In this document: one piece after another, positions 12,857 through 26,657 of the stretch
Layout of the letters: every line of letters starts with the position of its first letter
How positions within the stretch are numbered: the stretch's first letter is position 1
Assembly (NCBI GenBank): GCA_951406725.2
Contig: OX597841.1
Span: forward strand, 26,660,001 to 26,724,000
Origin: Octopus vulgaris
Lineage: Eukaryota
DNA: 64,000 bases
Reading direction: 5' to 3'
Notes under the pieces: model-generated
What the model was told of the DNA's origin: nothing
The model's input: the letters and a program-made list of their open reading frames with translations, nothing else
Database searches by the model: none
Program-made: the position numbers and the translations under genes

Positions 12857-13011
12857 TATATACGTGCAAACGCACAATTTGACATACTAAAACATACACA
12901 CACATATACAAAGAGAATTTTCTACACACACACACACACGTGTGTGTGTAGAAAATTCTGTATGTATACTCATGAGAGTGCACGGACATATATAATATAT
13001 ATATATAACTA

Positions 13012-13055
<44 letters not shown>

Positions 13056-13120
13056 TATATACATACATATATGCATGATACACATACAGAGAGAGGGAGA
13101 GAGGGGAGGAGGGAGATGTG

Positions 13121-13157
<37 letters not shown>

Positions 13158-13159
<2 letters not shown>

Positions 13160-13367
13160 GTGTGTTTGTGTATCCTGTTTTTCTCGCCACCATCGCTTGA
13201 CAGCTGATGTTGGTGTGTTTACGTCTCCGTAACTTAGCGGTTCGGCAAAAACAGGCCGATACAATAAGTACTAGGCTTACAAAGAACTCCTGTGTTGGGG
13301 TGTCGATTTGTTGGACTAAAAGGCGGTGATCCAGCATGGCCATAGTCAAATGACTGAAGCAAATATA
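13158..13367 (+). mobile_element. SINE family A, 3' half
   Basis: CATCGCTTGACAGCTGATGTTGGTGTGTTTACG..TAAAAGGCGGTG..AAATGACTGAAGCAA. Confidence 0.85.
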
Positions 13368-13369
13368 AG

Positions 13370-13421
<52 letters not shown>

Positions 13422-13470
13422 GACAGATATATATGTAGACGTCCATCCACGTATATATATATATATATAT

Positions 13471-13810
13471 CTGTGTCAGTATAGTGTGTTGGAGGTGTGT
13501 ATCCGTGGGTAGAGCATGTGGAGGTGTATATAATATGGAATGTATACAGTCTTAATTGGACATCATCATCACCAACAAGAGCAATGAGAACAACATTGCC
13601 GATTAAAGAAGCAATTAAGCTTGGATTAGGATTTGGGATTATCCGCTAAAGATTCTTTAGCATTCACACGTGTCTACACACACATACAAACATACACACG
13701 CCAGATGGTTGTACCTCCAACCGGGCTGTTTACTGCTGTGATTTTTGCTACTAAGGTATCGGTTAACTTTTGATTAATCTACAACAAGATTATTCATCTT
13801 TCTATTTCAC

Positions 13811-13857
<47 letters not shown>

Positions 13858-14084
13858 GTGTCAGTATAGTGTGTTGGAGGTGTGTATCCGTGGGTAGAGC
13901 ATGTGGAGGTGTATATAATATGGAATGTATACAGTCTTAATTGGACATCATCATCACCAACAAGAGCAATGAGAACAACATTGCCGATTAAAGAAGCAAT
14001 TAAGCTTGGATTAGGATTTGGGATTATCCGCTAAAGATTCTTTAGCATTCACACGTGTCTACACACACATACAAACATACACAC
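13471..14084. repeat. Direct duplication of about 229 bp (13471-13699 and 13856-14084)
   Basis: Both copies start CTGTGTCAGTATAGTG after (TA)n and look identical through ACATACACAC. Confidence 0.9.
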
Positions 14085-14192
14085 ACATATACACTCAAAT
14101 GCAAAATGTGTGTGTATGTTATATATATATATATATATATATGCGGAATTGTGTTTATATATATATATATATATATATATGCAGAATTGTGT

Positions 14193-14232
<40 letters not shown>

Positions 14233-14343
14233 CATATATGTATATATATGTATGTATGTACACGGATTCGTGAATGTGCCTATTGTAGATATATACATGT
14301 TTGCACTAGTTTGTGTATATAAACGTGTGTGTGTGTATATATG

Positions 14344-14390
<47 letters not shown>

Positions 14391-14422
14391 GGGTGCGTAT
14401 GTGTATGTTTTATATAGGTATG

Positions 14423-14458
<36 letters not shown>

Positions 14459-14500
14459 TATATGTATATATATGTATATATACACCTGTGTATGTGCGTT

Positions 14501-14582
<82 letters not shown>

Positions 14583-14690
14583 AGCAGAGGCTTCTTGATA
14601 TCCTCCACACTCTCCGCGAGAATGAGTTATTGCACTCCATCATGAAACGGAGTTCTCTTTCTCAGGTGAACTGTGTTTCCATGCGTATAT

Positions 14691-14736
<46 letters not shown>

Positions 14737-15594
14737 AATTGTGTTTATATATATATATATATATATATATGCAGAATTGTGTTTATATATATATATATAT
14801 ACATACATAGAAGATTGTACGTGAGTGGCCGTATGTATATAGGTGCGTATGTATGTATTTGAATGTATTGTGTGTGTCTGTGTGTCTAGATTCAGACATA
14901 CATTTATGTTTGTATTCGTATAGAAATTTGTATGAATGTGCATGATGTATGTGTTTGTGTGTGTATGCGTATACGTGCTCCAGCATGGGTCCCAGTCAAA
15001 GGACTGAAACAAATAAAAAAAAATATAAAAGAATATATGTACACATGTATACATTTATGTATGTATGCATGTATGTATGTATGTATGTATGTATATAAAT
15101 ATATATGTGTGTGTGCGTATATATTATGTATGTATGTACGTATGTATGTGTATGTATATATATGTATGTATGTATGTATGTATATATGTATGTATATATG
15201 TATGTATGTATGTATATATGTTTGTATGTATGTATGTATGTATGTATATATGTATGTATGTATGTATGTTTGTATATATGTGTGTATATGTATATATGTA
15301 TGTGTGTATATATATATATATGTGTGTGTGTGTGTAAGTTTGTGTGTGTGTGTATGTACATCTATGCATTCACACACACGTACGTACACATACTGAAGAT
15401 CTATTGGGACAGAAAAGGCGAACGAATTGAAGAAACTCTCTTTGTCTCTCTTTTCAATTTTCTCTTCTTGGATAAATCCCTTATTAATTTATTAAGGAGA
15501 TTAAGTAATTTAACTCTTAGTGTAGAGATTAAACCGTTTTAACAGACAAACAGGATTGGCAACAGTCAGAACACCTACGTAGGAGCTTCAGTTT

Positions 15595-16335
15595 AATATA
15601 TCTGCGAGAAATAGCAGTCAAATTCCACCCCAAATCGCAACTTATCGTTTTATGTATGTGTATATGTATGCATGAACCTGTGAGGAAGGCCTCTACATAG
15701 TAGCTAGAACTGTTAGAAATAGCAGCCTAATCTCCCTCAAATCTCACCCTTCTGTCTTACACATGTATATATGTATGCATTAACCTGTGAGGAAGACCTC
15801 TACACAGTAGCTAGAACTGGTAGAAATAGCAGCCTAATCTCCCTCAAATCTCACCCTTCTGTCTTACACATGTATATATGTATGCATGAACCATTGGGGG
15901 AGACCTCCACGTGGTAGCTAGACCTTGTAGAAATAGCAGCCAAATCTTTCTCAAATCTCACGCTAATGTCTTATGCATGTATACTTTTGTTTTCTCTCTC
16001 TGCTTACTTCTGCGTTCCTTTCTGATGAAGAGCGTAGGCTCGAAACGTAAAAGACGTTCTCACCTTCTTGAGCGTCAAACTAATACATCTGTTTGTTGTT
16101 TACACACCCGTCTTCGTCTTTTGTTTTGTTGCTTTTGTAAATTCCAGCTATATATGTATGTATGAGTCAATGAGGGATACCTCTACGTGGTAGCTAGGCC
16201 TGGTAGAACTAGCAGCCTAATCTCCCCCAGATCACACCTTTCTATGTCTTATGTATGTATGAGCCAGCAAGGGAGAACTTTACACGGTGGCTAGATCTGG
16301 TTGGAATATCCCCTCAAAGTATCTCTTATTGTCTT
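15595..16335 (+). repeat. Diverged tandem array, about 107-bp unit containing TAGCTAGAACTGxTAGAAATAGCAGCCTAATCTCCCTCAAATCTCACCC
   Basis: About six units, with period 107 between 15675 and 15782. Dispersed copies near 11285, 11578, 53091 and 50390 (minus). Confidence 0.75.
16018..16053 (+). ncRNA. Minimal type I hammerhead ribozyme motif (Penelope-like)
   Basis: CTTT [CTGATGA] A GAGC-gtag-GCTC [GAAA] CG [TA] AAAG: 4-bp stem I, 4-bp stem II, palindromic ACGT stem III. Confidence 0.7.
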
Positions 16336-16382
16336 ATGTATGTATGTATGTATGTATGTATGTATGTATGTATGTATGTATG

Positions 16383-16413
<31 letters not shown>

Positions 16414-16620
16414 GTATGTATGTATGAATCAATCGAGCAACGACGGAGACTTTTATACGATCGCTAGTCTTATTGAATACAACAGTCAAATCGATCGAGT
16501 GTAAATCGAACGAGACCGATTTAGTTGTGTCGCAAACTAACGAGTGACTGAGCATCCCATAAGCATTTGTGCTCTTAATGTGATTCTGAAGCAGATTGTA
16601 GGAAGCAGTGTGTGAAGCAG

Positions 16621-17260
16621 GGGAGCTGGCAGAAACGTTAGCACGCCGGGCGAAATGCGTAGCCGTATTTCGTCTGCCGTTACGTTCTGAGTTCAAATTC
16701 CGCCGAGGTCGAATTTGCCTTTCATCCTTTCGGAATCGATAAATTAAGTGCCAGTTACGCACTGGGGTCGGCATAATCGACTTAATCCGTTTGTCTATCC
16801 TTCTTTGTCTCCTCTGTGCTTATCCCCTTGTGGGTAGTTAAGAAATAGGTATTTCGTCTGCCGCTACGTTATGAGTTAAAATTACGCCGAGGTCGATTTG
16901 CCTTCTTTCTTTCGGAGTCGATAAATTAAGTACCAGTTACGTACTGGGGTCGACATAATCGACTTAATCCGTTCGTCTGTCCTTGTTTGTCCTCTCTGTG
17001 TCTAGCCCCTTGTGAGTAGTAAAGAAATAGGTATTTCGTCTGCCGCTACGTTCTGAGTTCAAATTACGCCGAGGTCGTCTTTGCCTTTCATCCTTTTGGG
17101 GTCGATAAATTAAGTACCGGTTACGCACTGAGGTCGACATAATCGACTTAATCCGTACGTCTGTCCTTGTTTGTCCTCTCTGTGTCTAGCCCCTTGTGAG
17201 TAGTAAAGAAATAGGTATTTCGCTTTTCTTTACGTTCAATTTTGGCTGAGGTCGACTGTC
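16621..17260 (+). mobile_element. SINE family B: head plus about three tandem 182-184-bp bodies
   Basis: Head GAGCTGGCAGAAACGTTAGCACGCCGGGCG, B-box-like GAGTTCAAATTC. Unit restarts at GTATTTCG at 16665, 16849, 17031 and 17215. Central GCCTTTCATCCTTTCGGGGTCGATAAATTAAGTACC resembles a Meta-type SINE domain (tentative). Confidence 0.85.
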
Positions 17261-17297
17261 TTCAAGATCAAGACCGACTTAAACATTCATTCTTTCG

Positions 17298-17445
17298 GGA
17301 CGTAACTGGTATTTATTTTATCGACCCCGAAAGCATGAAAGTCAAAGTCGACCTCGGCGAAATTTGAACTCAGAACGTAATGGCAGACGAAATACTGCTA
17401 GGCATTTCGCCCGTTATGCTAACGATTATGCCATCACGCCGCCTT
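17298..17445 (-). mobile_element. SINE family B, 5' part
   Basis: TATCGACCCCGAAAGCATGAAAGTCAAAGTCGACCTCGGCGAAATTTGAACTCAGAACG..GCATTTCGCCCG. Confidence 0.8.
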
Positions 17446-17449
17446 CGTA

Positions 17450-18176
<727 letters not shown>

Positions 18177-18279
18177 TGGTCTATTTAAATAAACAATGAA
18201 TTCAAATAAACTACCATAGTTAACAGACAAGGTGACGTGCGCAAGAATTGTATTCGCTTGGCGCTTGATAAGAAGAGAG

Positions 18280-18312
18280 TTTGACGTTTCAAGCATAGCT
18301 ACTCGTCGGAAA
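18280..18312 (-). ncRNA. Degenerate minimal hammerhead motif
   Basis: Minus strand TTT [CCGACGA] GTAGC-tat-GCTT [GAAA] CG [TC] AAA. Downstream AGCGCCAAGCGAATAC resembles the flank of 16018 and 29204. Confidence 0.5.
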
Positions 18313-18702
18313 GGAGAAATGGAAAATTGCACATTGCGAAGCGATGTTGAGCCACCGTCACAGAGGAAGCTTAACAATCTACTATGATCTCCAGCTCAAA
18401 TCCACATCAGATCGTCGTTGGTGGAGAGAACGTTCTCAGGCTTTTCTCCTGCAGTGGACTGAACAGCGGTTATCCAATTTAATCCAGTCCAGTCCAGTTC
18501 GATCCAGTATGTGCGTCAAGTCACGAGGGACTCTCTCTATATATTAGAAACTGTCCATTTGGTGGCATTGAATACAGATTGTTTTTCTTCCTAAAACAGC
18601 GGCAAACATGAGGCGGTCCAACGTACGGTTCAGCGGGACGCAAACCGGAACCGAGTTATTGCAATGCGCAGTTCTTAAGTCAGCTACCCTGCGCTAATAC
18701 GT

Positions 18703-18790
<88 letters not shown>

Positions 18791-19477
18791 ACACACGTAT
18801 GTAGATACACACACACACACACATACAGACTTAAGTACACACTCACCAATAGGTGCGTATTTTCGTGAATGCGCATATACTGCACACTTCTCCGCGCGTG
18901 TGTGTGTGTATAAAGCTGTGTGTATGCATACGTACATATGTGAGTGTTTAGTAAGTGTATAGATATTTATGTGTATGTATTTGTTTGTATATGTCTGTAT
19001 ACAGGCATATATATACGTATGTGTTTTCTGAAGATAGGTATGCAGATATATATATATATATACATATATATGTCTTTCATATATATATACATATATGTAT
19101 ATATACATTTTAGGTGTATGCATATATGTATGTATACATTTTAGGTGTATGTATATATGTATATATACATTTTAGGTGTATGCATATATGTATATATTCA
19201 TTTTACGTGTACGCATATATGTGTATATATATATGTTTGTGTGTGTATATATATATTTGTACATATATATATATATATTTGTATATATGTGTGTGTGTAT
19301 ATATATATATATATTTGTATATATGTGTGTATATATATATATATTTGTATATATATATATGTGTGTGTGTGTATATATATATATATTTGTATATATATGT
19401 GTGTGTGTGTGTATATATATGTTTGTATATATATGTGTATGTATAGATAAATGTATGTGCATGTATGTATATGTATG

Positions 19478-19528
<51 letters not shown>

Positions 19529-19846
19529 TTATATACATACATATATATGCATGTATGTATTTCTAGTATAAATGTACATTCGCACGCACGCACACACACA
19601 CAGAGCAGACATTATAATATTTGGCTTGTTACTCGGAAATTAGTAACTCCCATGTACAAGGTGTGCTCTCTCGGCATACGAAACACCGGAAATGAAATAA
19701 ATAAGTAAATAAATAAGTAACAAGACTACGTAGAACACTAGCAGCAGCAGCTGAAGCAGCACCGACGCAAGCAAGAGAAAGCGGGAGGATTAAGAGAAGC
19801 CGTGGTCTGGCATGTACAGAGACGATGTTGCTTATCAGAACTTGCT

Positions 19847-19878
<32 letters not shown>

Positions 19879-19972
19879 GGTGGTGGTAGTAGTAGTAGTA
19901 GTGGTGGTGGTGGTGGTAGTGGTAGTAGTAGTAGTAGTGGTGGTTGTGGTGGTAGTGGTGGTGGTGGTAGTG

Positions 19973-20013
<41 letters not shown>

Positions 20014-20155
20014 GGTGGTGGTGGTGGTAGTGGTGGTGGTGGTGGTAGTGGTAGTAGTAGTAGTAGTGGTGGTAGTAGTAGTAGTGGTGGTGGTGGTGGT
20101 GGTGGTAGTAGTAGTAGTAGTGGTGGTGGTGGTGGTAGTGGTGGTGGTGGTGGTG

Positions 20156-20216
<61 letters not shown>
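19847..20216. repeat. (GTA/GTG)n trinucleotide tract
   Basis: Directly visible. Confidence 0.95.
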
Positions 20217-20397
20217 CTAAAGCTTGGTTGTAAAGTTGCTCACTGTTATATATGTATATATATATTGAAAATTGTGTGTGTATATAGATCCCACCGCACA
20301 CACGCACACACACGCACACACACATATATATATATATATATGAATTTATCGATAGATTGATTGTTGATTGATACGTGATGAGGTGGGTTGTTGTTAA

Positions 20398-20444
<47 letters not shown>

Positions 20445-20580
20445 TGGATGTCGGTTTCTACGTAATTGAAAAACAAAAGTAACTGTTCTATTTCATTTTT
20501 ATGTATTTGTGTGTGTGTGTGTGTGTGTGTGTGCAGCTACATATGTATTTGTTTGCAAATATATATATATATATAAGATA

Positions 20581-20988
20581 TATTTCTTTACTACCCACAA
20601 GGGGCTAAACACAGAGTGGACAAACAAGGACAGACAAACGGATTGAGTCGATTACATCGACTCCATTGCGTAACTGGTACTTAATTTATCGACCCCGAAA
20701 TGATCTATGGCAACGCCGACCTCGGCGGAATTTGAACTCAGAACGTAACGGTAGATGAAATACCTATTTCTTTATTACCCACAAGGAGCTAAACACAGAG
20801 AGGACAAACAAGGACAGACAGGCGGATTAAATCGATTACATCGACCCCCAGTGCGTAACTGGTACTTAATTTATCGACCCCGAAATGATCTATGTCAAAG
20901 TCGACCTCGGCGGAATTTGAACTCAGAACGTAACGGCAGACGAAATACGGCTACGCATTTCCCCCGGCGTGCTAACGTTTCTGCCAGT
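20581..20988 (-). mobile_element. SINE family B dimer
   Basis: Two bodies joined at GAAATACCTATTTCTTTA (near 20757), head ending GCTAACGTTTCTGCCAG. Confidence 0.85.
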
Positions 20989-21064
20989 TATATATACATA
21001 CATATATGTGTGTACCTACCTGTACATGTATATATACACGCATATATGGGTACAGGACACCAAA

Positions 21065-21170
21065 AATACGGTGTAGTTTTGTGTGTGTGTGTGTGTGTAT
21101 GTGTGTGTGTAGAGAGAGATAATTAACTAGCTATATAGACCATGGAAAGTAGATGGATGAATCGAGAGAC

Positions 21171-21201
<31 letters not shown>

Positions 21202-21751
21202 ATTAGCTATATGTGTGTCTGTTTGTAGACACATATGAGTACACGTGTGTGGTGTGTGAGCTTCTTTCAGTTTCTGTTTACCAAATCCACCCATAGGGCT
21301 TTGGTCGACCCTGTGCTTTCGTAGAAGACACTTACCCATCGCGCCGCACATTGGAACTGAACCCGGAACCATGTGGTTGGGAAGCAAGTTCCTTACCGAC
21401 ACATCTACGCCTGCACTTTGCCATCGATTAATAATAAAGTCCCTATTACTTACCCCCGCATCAGAAGGGAATTGGTCAGTAATTGGTCAAGAGTTAAGGG
21501 GGGTAAAGGAGTGGTAAGTAAGGGGGGTAAGGAGTGGTGTAGGGGTTTCGTTGCGGAATGGGGTGGGGAAATGGAGGTGACGGGGATGTAGATGGATGGT
21601 TGTTAGGGCTTCAGTAGTGAACGGGAAGGAACCCCTCGCAGGAGCTGCGGGCGGTGGGGGACAGATCTGGTGTGGATAGTTAGCTGCATGCCTGCCTCTT
21701 TGTCTCTCTGTCCGTCTGCCTTCTGCCTGCCTGTCTGTTTCCCTATCTATC

Positions 21752-21814
<63 letters not shown>

Positions 21815-21815
21815 G

Positions 21816-21906
<91 letters not shown>

Positions 21907-21993
21907 CTCTGTCTATCTATCTATATGTCTGTCTGTCTGTCTCTCAATTTATCCATCTACTTTCCATGGTCTATATAGCTAGTTAATTATCTC

Positions 21994-22074
<81 letters not shown>

Positions 22075-22092
22075 ACAAAATCACACCGTATT
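21065..22092. repeat. Inverted duplication (21065-21171 vs 21938-22092) enclosing about 770 bp
   Basis: AATACGGTG..(TG)n..GATAATTAACTAGCTATATAGACCATGGAAAGTAGATGGAT is reverse-complementary to ATCCATCTACTTTCCATGGTCTATATAGCTAGTTAATTATC..(CA)n..CACCGTATT. Confidence 0.85.
21259..21416 (-). mobile_element. SINE family A, diverged head
   Basis: CTTCTTTCAGTTTCTG..CCAAATCCAC..ACTGAACCCGGAACCATGTGGTTGG. Confidence 0.75.
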
Positions 22093-22449
22093 ATACATCG
22101 AATTACATACACACATTATATAACGCAAAACCTTTTTATCGATGGCTTAGCTCCACACAACCACAGATAGGTAAGCAGAAAGTTAGACACAGAGACAGCT
22201 ACAGAGATGAGACACCTTCCTTCACAGCTAGCTAACTAGATAGTTAGATAATTTGGTAGATGGTAAGATGGATGGCTAGATAGATGAATGGGTTGAAACA
22301 TAGCTATACTCGTTGATGGTAAGCGGGTGTATAGACTGATGGGTACAAAGATGGGTTGATGAGGAGGCAGTCATGTGAGGAAAGGTCGAGTTAGAGAAGC
22401 AGAGTGGCTCGTGCTCGCGCGCACAGAAAATTAGAGGTGGGGGAGAAAC

Positions 22450-22492
<43 letters not shown>

Positions 22493-22525
22493 CGTATATA
22501 TATATATATACGAGTAAAAGAGAGA

Positions 22526-22562
<37 letters not shown>

Positions 22563-22565
<3 letters not shown>

Positions 22566-22969
22566 TCTTTTACTCTTTTACTTGTTTCAGCCATTTGACT
22601 GCGGCCATGCTGGAGCACTGCCTTTTAATCGAGCAACTTGACCCCGGGACTTATTCTTTTGTAAGCCCAGTACTTATTCTATTGGCCTCCTTTTTGCCGA
22701 ACCGCTAAGTAACGGGGACATAAACACACCAGCATCGGTTGTCAAGCAACACTAGGGGGACAAACACAGACACACAAACATGCACGCACATATATATACA
22801 TATATACGACGGGCTTCTTTCAGTTTCCGTCTACCAAATCCACTCACAAGGCATTGGTCGGCCCGGGGCTATAGCAGAAGACACTTGCCCAAGGTGCCAC
22901 GCAGTGGGACTGAACCGAGAACCATGTGGTTGGTTAGCAAGCTACTTACCACACAGCCACTCCTGCGCC
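22563..22969 (-). mobile_element. SINE family A, full length
   Basis: Complete head (GGCGCAGGAGTGG), body and (GAGTAAAA)n tail. Confidence 0.92.
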
Positions 22970-22975
22970 TCTATG

Positions 22976-23029
<54 letters not shown>

Positions 23030-23030
23030 C

Positions 23031-23087
<57 letters not shown>

Positions 23088-23186
23088 GTATATATCAAAG
23101 ATAAGGATGCATGCCGCAGAAACGCAAAATAGAATAGACACGACCAAACTAGAGAGATGAGGAAACGAAAGTGTTCTGACAAATAA

Positions 23187-23281
<95 letters not shown>

Positions 23282-23367
23282 CAGAAGAAGAAAAAAGCTG
23301 AAGATCAAATAATGATTAAGTGAAGACCAAATAAATAGTGCGTATGTTTAATTGGCAAAAGATGACC

Positions 23368-23455
<88 letters not shown>

Positions 23456-24034
23456 CATACATACATATATACACACAGACAGACATACATGTGATCGTAT
23501 GTGTATATATATATATATACCGTCATGTAAATAGCTACAGAGGGACAGAGACAGAGAGATAAAGTTTTGCGCGTGAATGACGAGAGAGGAGGAGAAATGG
23601 CAGGGATTGAATCGAAAAAGCAAAATTAAAAAAGAAACGGAAAATAAAACACAATTAACGAACGGTCCCCAAACGCATGCACCTTGGGAGAAGTCCGTTA
23701 TTTCACCGAAGCTATCATCAGCATAGCCATCATCATCATAAACTTCACCGCCACGTTATCATCATCGTGTTTAATTTTCTCCGTCTAATATTGTCATTAT
23801 CGATACCACTTCCACTGGCACCACCATTGCCAGTGCCACCACCATTTACCAGTGCCACTAACACCTCCTCTCTGTGCCATCACAATTACCGTCTGTCCAG
23901 TCCAGTCGGGTGACCCGCTCCACGCCTTACCATCCTAAGCTATACTATTTCTCCCCCAAACACCTCACACACGGTCTGGTTCCTGTTTATTACAGATTTC
24001 TTACCGTCCGGCGCAATCTTAACTTTATGTCAGC

Positions 24035-24725
24035 GCCACCATCACCAACACCACAATTACTACTACTTCTGCTACCATCACCACTACCATACCCGCTGCC
24101 ACTACTACCACCACCACCACTACTACTACTATTGCTACCACCACCAATACCACCACCACCACAGCCTCCGCCACTACCGCCACGACAACCACCACCACTA
24201 CCACTACAACCACTACTACTATTGCTACTACCACCACCACTACCACCACGACAACCACCACTACTACCACCACCACCACTATTACCACCACCACCACTAC
24301 TACTACTTGTGCTAACATAACCACAGCCTCCGCCACTCCCGCCTTGACAACCACCACCACTACCACCACAACCACTACTACTATTGCTACTACCACCACC
24401 ACAGCCGCCGCCACTACCGCCACGACAACCACCACCACAACCATTACTACTATTGCTACTACCACCACCACTACTACCATCACCACCACTACTACTACTA
24501 CCACCACCACTATTACTCTTACCACTACTACTACTACTACTACTACTGCAGCTGCTGCTGCTACCACAACCACCAACACCACAATCTCGAATTTTACTAC
24601 TAATCCTACCACTACTACCACCACCACCACTACTACTATTACTACTACTGCTAACTCTACCACTACCCTTCTACTATTGCCGCCGCGCCCACCACCACTA
24701 CTACTGCCACAGCCACACCACCAAT
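24035..24725. repeat. (ACC/ACT)n low-complexity tract
   Basis: Directly visible. Confidence 0.9.
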
Positions 24726-24861
24726 ACCTACAAAATACATTAGGCAATGAGGTGTATCTGTACACACAAACACAGAATCCGTTCTGTATATGTCTGTATG
24801 TATGTGTATAATCAGGTGTGTGTGTATGTATGTATATGTATATATATGTAGAAGAGAGAGA

Positions 24862-25199
24862 GCGCAGGAGTGGCTGTGTTGTAAGTAGCTTGCTTACCAA
24901 CCACATGGTTCCGTGTTCAGTCCCATGGGCCGACCAATGCCTTGTGAGTGGATTTGGTAGACGGAAACTGAAAGAAGCCTGTCGTATATATGTTTGTGTG
25001 TTTGTGTGTGTGTTTGTCCCCCAACATCGCCTGACAACCGATGCTGGTGTGTTCACGTCCCCGTAACCTAGCAGTTAGGCAAAAGAAACCGATAGAATAA
25101 GTACTGGGCTTACTAAGAATAAGTCCCGGGGTCGATTTGCTCGACTAAAGGCGGTGCTCCAGCATGGCCAGTCAGATGACTGAAACAAGTAAAAGAGAA
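24862..25199 (+). mobile_element. SINE family A, CORE segment deleted
   Basis: Head to tail present, but the CTGCGTGGCACC..TATAGCC segment is missing after CAGTCCCA. Confidence 0.88.
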
Positions 25200-25203
25200 T
25201 ATA

Positions 25204-25289
25204 GGAGTGGCTGTGTGGTAAGCAGCTTGCTTACCAATAACATGGTCCCGTGAGTGGATTTGGTGGACAAAAACTGAAAGAAGCCCCTC

Positions 25290-25345
<56 letters not shown>

Positions 25346-25558
25346 CTGCCTTTGTGTCTATTTGTCAACCCACCACACCTTGACAACCGGTGCTGGTATG
25401 CTTACGTCCCTGTAACTTTGTGGTTTCTGCAAAAGAAACCGATGGAATAAGTAGCAGGCTGAAAACAAAATGAATAGGCACTGGGGGCGATTCTTTTGAT
25501 TGAAAAGATTTTCAAGGTGGTGCTCCAGCATGGCCGCAGATAAAGAAACAAAAGATAA
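25204..25558 (+). mobile_element. SINE family A, diverged and internally deleted
   Basis: AGGAGTGGCTGTGTGGTAAG..GTGAGTGGATTTGGTGG..GGTGCTCCAGCATGGCCGCAG. Confidence 0.8.
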
Positions 25559-25802
25559 GGTTTTAGTATATTTATGCGTTTATATATATAATACAGTGGT
25601 GTATGCAACTGAAGCAATCCGCAGTTTATTTTGCTTTGTGCCTATCATTTCGTCGGAGATAAACACTGTTACGAACGTGCTGTGTTAAAAACGAACACAA
25701 AATATATCGGAAGCAGACGAAAAGTCGTTCTGGCAAGGTTTAGCAAGATTCGTTGAATCTTGCCATTGAAATTTAATCGCAAACGCTGCCATGAAGGTAT
25801 TT

Positions 25803-25862
<60 letters not shown>

Positions 25863-25904
25863 AGTCGCTGAGATGCTATCACTACTACCACCACCACCAC
25901 CACC

Positions 25905-26585
25905 ACTACTACTATTACTACCACCATTATTACTATTACCACCACTGCTACTACCACCACCATGACTACTAATACTACTACTCCTACCACCACTACCACT
26001 ACTACTATTACTACCACCATTATTACTATTACCACCACTGCTACTACCACCACCATGACTACTAATACTACTACTCCTACCACCACTACCACTACTACTA
26101 TTACTACCACCATTATTACTATTACCACCACTGCTACTACCACCACCATGACTACTAATACTACTACTACCACCTGCTACCACCACTACCACTACTACTA
26201 TTACTACCACCATTATTACTATTACCACCACTGCTACTACCACCACCATGACTACTAATACTACTACTCCTACCACCACTACCACTACTACTATTACTAC
26301 CACCATTATTACTATTACCACCACTGCTACTACCACCACCATGACTACTAATACTACTACTCCTACCACCACTACCACTACTACTATTACTACCACCATT
26401 ATTACTATTACCACCACTGCTACTACCACCACCATGACTACTAATACTACTACTCCTACCACCACTACCACTACTACTATTACTACCACCATTATTACTA
26501 TTACCACCACTGCTACTACCACCACCATGACTACTAATACTACTACTCCTACCACCACTACCACTACTACTATTACTACCACCAC
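25905..26585. repeat. 93-bp higher-order minisatellite built from ACT/ACC/ATT triplets, about 7 copies
   Basis: CATGAC anchor at 25961, 26054, 26147, 26247, 26340, 26433 and 26526. Confidence 0.9.
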
Positions 26586-26623
26586 CCTACTACTACTACC
26601 ACCATTACTACTACTACTACCAT

Positions 26624-26657
<34 letters not shown>

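Noticed and set aside
14584-14666. Exon-like segment ([28 protein letters not shown] followed by GT)
   Set aside because: No polypyrimidine acceptor and no recognisable protein similarity, so it cannot be supported without RNA data.
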